A DNA stretch of 20,000 nt. It comes from an uncultured virus (IMG/VR IMGVR_UViG_3300046511_000152). Lineage: Duplodnaviria > Heunggongvirae > Uroviricota > Caudoviricetes. The notes below the pieces were generated by a model. That model searched no databases. It was not told where the DNA came from and was given only the letters and a program-made list of their open reading frames with translations. The stretch lies in the IMG/VR virus record IMGVR_UViG_3300046511_000152; one strand, 5' to 3'. Both the position numbers and the translations under genes were made by a program. The first letter of the stretch is position 1. Each line of letters begins with the position of its first letter. Positions 16,296 to 20,000 of the stretch are shown here, one piece after another.

Positions 16296-16579
16296 GACCG
16301 GAACACTCCGAGGAGATCGCCTTCCATGACGAGGTAGAACGTCTCTTTCACTCCCGTGCCCGCCACATCGAGTGCAACAGGAGTGCCTGAGTACTTGGTA
16401 GTGACAACAGTCTCAAGAGGTCGGACACTGCTGCACTTTGGGCCAACGGCGATGACAAGAGCGAACTGAGACTCTTTCGTCTCGTCAAGGTGCACAACCT
16501 CAATGAGGGTGGACTTGAGCAGGTCTTCATCGAGCCTCTTGATCAGGACCCGAGAGCCCTGCGGTGTGAGTGTGGTCAT
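16292..16579 (-). CDS. groES: GroES-like co-chaperonin (95 aa)
   Basis: LTPQGSRVLIK...ALVIAVGP...V...KYSGTPV...YLVMEGDLLGV; GGAG RBS; ATGA coupling. Confidence 0.85.
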   Translation of the reverse strand: MTTLTPQGSRVLIKRLDEDLLKSTLIEVVHLDETKESQFALVIAVGPKCSSVRPLETVVTTKYSGTPVALDVAGTGVKETFYLVMEGDLLGVFRS

Positions 16580-16731
16580 CTGCGATCTCTCCATTCGTAG
16601 CTCATCGAGGCGAGGCACCAACCGATGCCCGCGTCGTTGATGAAGTCGAGGACCTGTGCAACTGTCCCTGTGTGTGGAGGCAGGAGCCGGGACAGCGTGA
16701 ACAGCGCAAGCGGAAGCAGGTAGCGGGGCAT
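16576..16731 (-). CDS. Small hypothetical protein (51 aa, MPRYLLPLALFTL...)
   Basis: Hand translation; TGATG-coupled upstream, ATGA-coupled downstream; GGAGG RBS. Confidence 0.7.
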   Translation of the reverse strand: MPRYLLPLALFTLSRLLPPHTGTVAQVLDFINDAGIGWCLASMSYEWRDRR

Positions 16732-16898
16732 CAGCCCTCCACGGTGAGGAAGACGATCTTCTGCGTATCCCGACGGCGGCGGAAGATGCGGATGGTGTTG
16801 GAGAGCATGTCGGCCTCGATGGCAACGACAGCATCCACACCAGCAGCAGCACCATCCACGTAGAGCTTGTCAGCACCCAGCATGAAGCGGTTCTCCAT
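16731..16898 (-). CDS. Small hypothetical protein (55 aa, MENRFMLG...)
   Basis: Fills the gap and is coupled to the downstream ORF. Confidence 0.65.
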   Translation of the reverse strand: MENRFMLGADKLYVDGAAAGVDAVVAIEADMLSNTIRIFRRRRDTQKIVFLTVEG

Positions 16899-16905
16899 CT
16901 TCAAC

Positions 16906-17154
16906 TCAGGTGCGGCTGAACTCTTTGGCTTCGGCTTCTGTAACGAGGACACGGATCATACCTCCGGTGGTCTTGGCGACACGAGCCGCCGAGGGAAGGT
17001 TCTGGAAGATCAGGGCGTACTCCTTGTTGCTGGAGAACTCCATGGGTGTACCATCAGACAGGAGCGATGGCGAGTACTCGGACTGCCAGTAGTCGAGGCT
17101 GCCGAACTCCTTGCAGACGACGTACCACGGGGCGAGGGTGCTGGGCGCGCTCAC
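16906..17154 (-). CDS. Hypothetical protein (82 aa)
   Basis: GTGA overlap with the upstream stop at 17151-17154. Confidence 0.7.
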   Translation of the reverse strand: MSAPSTLAPWYVVCKEFGSLDYWQSEYSPSLLSDGTPMEFSSNKEYALIFQNLPSAARVAKTTGGMIRVLVTEAEAKEFSRT

Positions 17155-17309
17155 TTCTGCACCGTCACGAGGCGGGGCTTGGCGGTGGCGACGGGCCACT
17201 TCTTCCCGTTGACCACGGTCCAGTGCAGGACCTGCACGTACAGCTTGCCGTGCTTCATGGTGTAGACCACGTCGTCGGTGTCGTTCTCTCGGTAGACTTG
17301 GAAGCTCAT
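17151..17309 (-). CDS. Small hypothetical protein (52 aa, MSFQVYREN...)
   Basis: GGAGG RBS; ATGA coupling; GC3-rich. Confidence 0.75.
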   Translation of the reverse strand: MSFQVYRENDTDDVVYTMKHGKLYVQVLHWTVVNGKKWPVATAKPRLVTVQK

Positions 17310-17422
17310 TCGGTTTCCCTCCATACTGTTTGAACTACCGACGCGATCACGCCGGGTGAAACGATGAGAAGCAGCATGATCGTGGTGAGGACGCGGACGG
17401 GGATGACCCACAGGGCTCTCAT
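17306..17422 (-). CDS. Small single-pass membrane protein (38 aa)
   Basis: Hand translation MRALWVIPVRVLTTIMLLLIVSPGVIASVVQTVWRETE; ATGA overlaps at both ends; GAGGA RBS. Confidence 0.68.
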   Translation of the reverse strand: MRALWVIPVRVLTTIMLLLIVSPGVIASVVQTVWRETE

Positions 17423-17601
17423 GATTCCTCGAACGGTGGTAGTGCTCCGGGTTGGTGACGCCTGACGCCCTCGTTGGGCGGGCGGTACTTCTTCTCACGG
17501 CGCATCTTGCGGGGCTGGCGGCGTTCCTGCTCTGCCTGCTCCAGCGCATCCTCAAGCTGCTCGGGTGAGAGTGAGACGTGCTTCAGTGGATCGTACTTCA
17601 T
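17419..17601 (-). CDS. Small basic hypothetical protein (60 aa, MKYDPLKH...)
   Basis: GGAG RBS; ATGA-coupled. Confidence 0.7.
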   Translation of the reverse strand: MKYDPLKHVSLSPEQLEDALEQAEQERRQPRKMRREKKYRPPNEGVRRHQPGALPPFEES

Positions 17602-17891
17602 CGGGTCTCCGGTGGTTCGGTCGGCCATGGGCAGTGCTCTTGCGCGTAACCCAGCGCACGCGGCGGCACCCACTCGTAGCGGAGATCGTCCGGGCCGAGG
17701 GAGTGACCACACTTCGAGCAGTACGGAATGCCTTCCATCATGGATCGGCAGTGAGTCAGGGCAGAGCAGCAGCGGGAGAACTCCTCGAAGTAACCACGGA
17801 GCCAGCCGGTGAAGATGGTGGTATCCATGATCCGAGACATCTCCGCGAGCGCCGACCGCAACTGGTTGACGTAGTCGGAGTTGAAGCTCAT
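17598..17891 (-). CDS. Cys-rich hypothetical protein (97 aa, MSFNSDYV...)
   Basis: CC...HC...CSKC; starts by ATGA overlap with the 8-codon mini-ORF. Confidence 0.72.
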   Translation of the reverse strand: MSFNSDYVNQLRSALAEMSRIMDTTIFTGWLRGYFEEFSRCCSALTHCRSMMEGIPYCSKCGHSLGPDDLRYEWVPPRALGYAQEHCPWPTEPPETR

Positions 17892-17914
17892 CGGTAGAAC
17901 TTCGGCGTCGTCAT
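17888..17914 (-). other. 8-codon mini-ORF MTTPKFYR*, a remnant of the original 3' end of the FmdB gene
   Basis: ATG ACG ACG CCG AAG TTC TAC CGA TGA. AAGGAG upstream; ATGA overlaps with both the HNH stop and the next start; matches the FmdB C-terminus PTPRFYR*. Confidence 0.7.
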
Positions 17915-18267
17915 TTCCGCCGCTCCTTTGTCCTGATACAGTGACAGTTGGCACAGACGAGGTCGCACTTGATGATCTCCTTCAACACTGTAGCCCACCG
18001 ATAATGTCCGGCACGATCACCGATCTCGAAGCGTTTACGGCCACGGACATGATCGAACTGCATACACTCGACTGGGTATGAAAACCCACAATCGGTGCAC
18101 GGGTTGTCCTTCAACTCGTTCACGGCATCCCGTCGAATCCGGTCACGGACTTTCCGAAGAGCCTCGGCTCGGCGGTTGAAGAGCTTCCTATGGGTGAGTC
18201 GCCACTGCTTCGAGCGAGCGATCACGGCGCTCCGATTCCGCTCGTAGTACCGACGTTGGGGTGTCAT
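17911..18267 (-). CDS. Free-standing HNH endonuclease #1 (putative homing endonuclease), paralog of 4497-4889
   Basis: PCTDCGFSYPVECMQFDHVRGRK...CDLVCANCHCIRT. Confidence 0.9.
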   Translation of the reverse strand: MTPQRRYYERNRSAVIARSKQWRLTHRKLFNRRAEALRKVRDRIRRDAVNELKDNPCTDCGFSYPVECMQFDHVRGRKRFEIGDRAGHYRWATVLKEIIKCDLVCANCHCIRTKERRK

Positions 18268-18440
18268 CTGTAAAAGCGTGGAGTCGGTCCACCCTGCGGT
18301 GGGCCGGGCATGGAAGGCACGAGCACCATGTCACCACCGCACGTGGGGCACGTCATCATGTCCCGCCGTGTGTCCACACTACGCATCTCCTCGATGACCC
18401 GGTGACAGTCACCCTGACATTCGTAGCTATACAGCGGCAT
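18264..18440 (-). CDS. FmdB-family zinc-ribbon protein (58 aa)
   Basis: MPLYSYECQGDC...CPTCGG; GGAG RBS; TGATG-coupled. Confidence 0.85.
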   Translation of the reverse strand: MPLYSYECQGDCHRVIEEMRSVDTRRDMMTCPTCGGDMVLVPSMPGPPQGGPTPRFYR

Positions 18441-18631
18441 CAGTGTCTCCCGAACACAATCGCCATGTCGGCGTCGTGAGCTAGGCATCCGGGGCAGCCC
18501 TCATGAGCATCCCGTTCACCCTCGTGTACGTTGCAGTAGTAGTGGTTGTACGAACCCCTCCGAAGAAGTCGTCGGGCCGCAGCGAGTTGACCCTCCAACC
18601 TACTGATCTTTCGTTGTTGTACCGTGATCAT
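18440..18631 (-). CDS. Small hypothetical protein (63 aa) with HYYC...CPGC
   Basis: GGAGG RBS 6 nt before ATG 18631. Confidence 0.68.
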   Translation of the reverse strand: MITVQQRKISRLEGQLAAARRLLRRGSYNHYYCNVHEGERDAHEGCPGCLAHDADMAIVFGRH

Positions 18632-19763
18632 CGGCAACCTCCAGAGCATGGAACAGGACACGGCCGCGAGGCTGCTTCTCCTTCACGACCCGGGGCTTGA
18701 CCTTCAGCAACTCGGCAGCGAGCCGGGTGTAGACGGCGGACTGGAGAGCCTTGACGGTGGGGAACACAGCGGTCATCGACGGGTGCAGCCCGGTCGCGAT
18801 TTGCTGGGCCGAGACTTGCTGCCCTCGTGCGGCTGTGCTCATCCAGCCGATGATGTCGTCGGTGAGACTGTCGGACAGGGCACCCTGCTTCTCGGCGGGG
18901 GGCTGGCAGTACACAAGGCTGGCCTCAGCTTCGGTCCCGGCCCCGACGTTCATCTCGTAGTGGAAGGGCTCCGGTGTGATGCCCCGGAACTTCTTGAACT
19001 TGGCCTCGATGATGTACTGCTCCTTCTTCGTCTGGTTCAACTGGATGCGGTTGTCGAGCGCAGCCGGGGCAGCGTCAGCACCGCGCCAGCCCTCGCCGTC
19101 GTTGAACTCACCGATCTTGCCGTTATGGTGGAGGATGAGAACGGCGGCTCCGGTCTGCTCGGTGATGAAGCGGATGTTGCGGAAGCACTCCTCGGTGAGC
19201 GTGTTGTCGTTCTGGTTCGCCCGCGTCATCTTGGAGAAGGTGTCGAAGATGATCAGCGAGAAGTTCCTGCGCTCGCCCTCGTGGCCCCAGCGGAAGCGGT
19301 GAGAGGTGCGGACGATCTTGCGGACCGTGTCAAGGTTGTCCAGCATGAAGTTGGACTGGATTAGGAACCGGATGCGTTCGTCGTAGGGGTTGGGCTCGTA
19401 CTCGCCGCCGAGGGCGATGTCCTCCTCGGTCGGGTTGTGCTTGGCCCAGTCGGACGCGGTGAGGCGACGCCACTGTTGTGCGTAGTCGTGCTTGCTACTG
19501 TCGGAGCCGACGAACAGGACGGTGCCGGGCTCGGACTGGAAGCTGCCGAGGAACCGGCCGCCCGTCAGGACAGCGCGGGACATCTCCAGCGCGAACCACG
19601 TCTTGCCAGTGCCGGGAGCAGCGGTCAGCCCAGTGATGGTGCCCTTGGGCAGCACGCCTTCGATCAGCATCGGCGGTGGCTCGATGGTGTAGAGGTCGGT
19701 GGACACGTCGAGGGTATAGGGCTCGACGTTCTCCAGCCCTACGGTGCGGATGTCGAGGTTCAT
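18600..19763 (-). CDS. RepA-type / AAA_25 (SF4-like) DNA helicase
   Basis: Walker A AAPGTGKT, Walker B LIIFDT, LILHHNGK, WRGADA, KFR; possible C-terminal winged helix. Confidence 0.9.
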   Translation of the reverse strand: MNLDIRTVGLENVEPYTLDVSTDLYTIEPPPMLIEGVLPKGTITGLTAAPGTGKTWFALEMSRAVLTGGRFLGSFQSEPGTVLFVGSDSSKHDYAQQWRRLTASDWAKHNPTEEDIALGGEYEPNPYDERIRFLIQSNFMLDNLDTVRKIVRTSHRFRWGHEGERRNFSLIIFDTFSKMTRANQNDNTLTEECFRNIRFITEQTGAAVLILHHNGKIGEFNDGEGWRGADAAPAALDNRIQLNQTKKEQYIIEAKFKKFRGITPEPFHYEMNVGAGTEAEASLVYCQPPAEKQGALSDSLTDDIIGWMSTAARGQQVSAQQIATGLHPSMTAVFPTVKALQSAVYTRLAAELLKVKPRVVKEKQPRGRVLFHALEVADDHGTTTKDQ

Positions 19764-19957
19764 CGGTCCTGCCTCCAGAGGATCATCTCGGACTTGAGCC
19801 AGTCGGGGGACTCAGTGATCTCGATCCAGTACCGGCCGACGAGGACAGAGGAGCCCTCCTTGTACGGGGAGATCATCTTGATCGCTTCGGGGTTGAGGTA
19901 TGCGGTATGGGTAGTCCCGGGCTGCTCGAACCGCATGATCTGCGTGACCTTGATCAC
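19760..19957 (-). CDS. Small protein resembling the FlbD/SwrD family (65 aa)
   Basis: MIKVT...YLNPEAIKMI...ITESPD pattern; GGGAGG RBS before the GTG. Confidence 0.55.
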   Translation of the reverse strand: MIKVTQIMRFEQPGTTHTAYLNPEAIKMISPYKEGSSVLVGRYWIEITESPDWLKSEMILWRQDR

Positions 19958-20000
19958 GGGTACATCCTCCCTTGGTAACGAATCAGCCGCCGAAGGTGAC

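Noticed and set aside
16348..16530. Leu/Ser-rich alternate-frame ORF inside groES
   Set aside because: It has a weak AAGAGG before the ATG but no TM segment or motif; low GC3 alone explains it.
10091..17954. Long N-terminal extensions in the ORF track (e.g. 10930, 11938, 14147, 16227, 16876, 17555, 17954)
   Set aside because: They overlap upstream genes; downstream starts with RBS and ATGA/GTGA coupling fit better.
24..19978. Many long plus-strand ORFs (e.g. 2591-3385, 7605-8609, 10623-11633, 14054-14857, 18624-19364)
   Set aside because: They are antisense shadows of GC3-rich minus-strand genes, with no recognisable motifs or coherent RBS pattern.

Overview
A 20-kb segment of a GC-rich (roughly 60-65% by eye) dsDNA phage or prophage. 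All credible genes are on the minus strand, tightly packed and often coupled by ATGA/TGATG overlaps. In transcription order (right to left): FlbD-like small protein, RepA-type (AAA_25) helicase, FmdB zinc ribbon, HNH endonuclease #1, small ORFs, GroES-like co-chaperonin, small membrane protein, a glycan module (600-aa FAD oxidoreductase fused to an NAD(P) Rossmann/SDR domain plus three GT2 glycosyltransferases), an acidic protein, a stand-alone RNA-ligase-type adenylyltransferase, a PD-(D/E)xK nuclease, a RepB'-type primase, a sigma70-like promoter, AAA_24 ATPase, putative SSB, an HNH/EndoVII-like nuclease, HNH endonuclease #2, family A DNA polymerase with a degenerate UDG-like N-terminus, a double NTP-pyrophosphatase-like protein, and a T4-type lysozyme cut by the window edge. 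Most notable: (1) the glycosylation module with its fused redox enzyme; (2) HNH #1 appears to have inserted with a recoded copy of the host gene's 3' end, leaving the original end as an 8-codon coupling mini-ORF; (3) strong avoidance of CCWGG, GTCGAC and CTCGAG; (4) non-canonical polymerase motifs; (5) two structured intergenic RNA candidates and several candidate overprinted genes. All family calls come from motif recognition by eye, not database searches.
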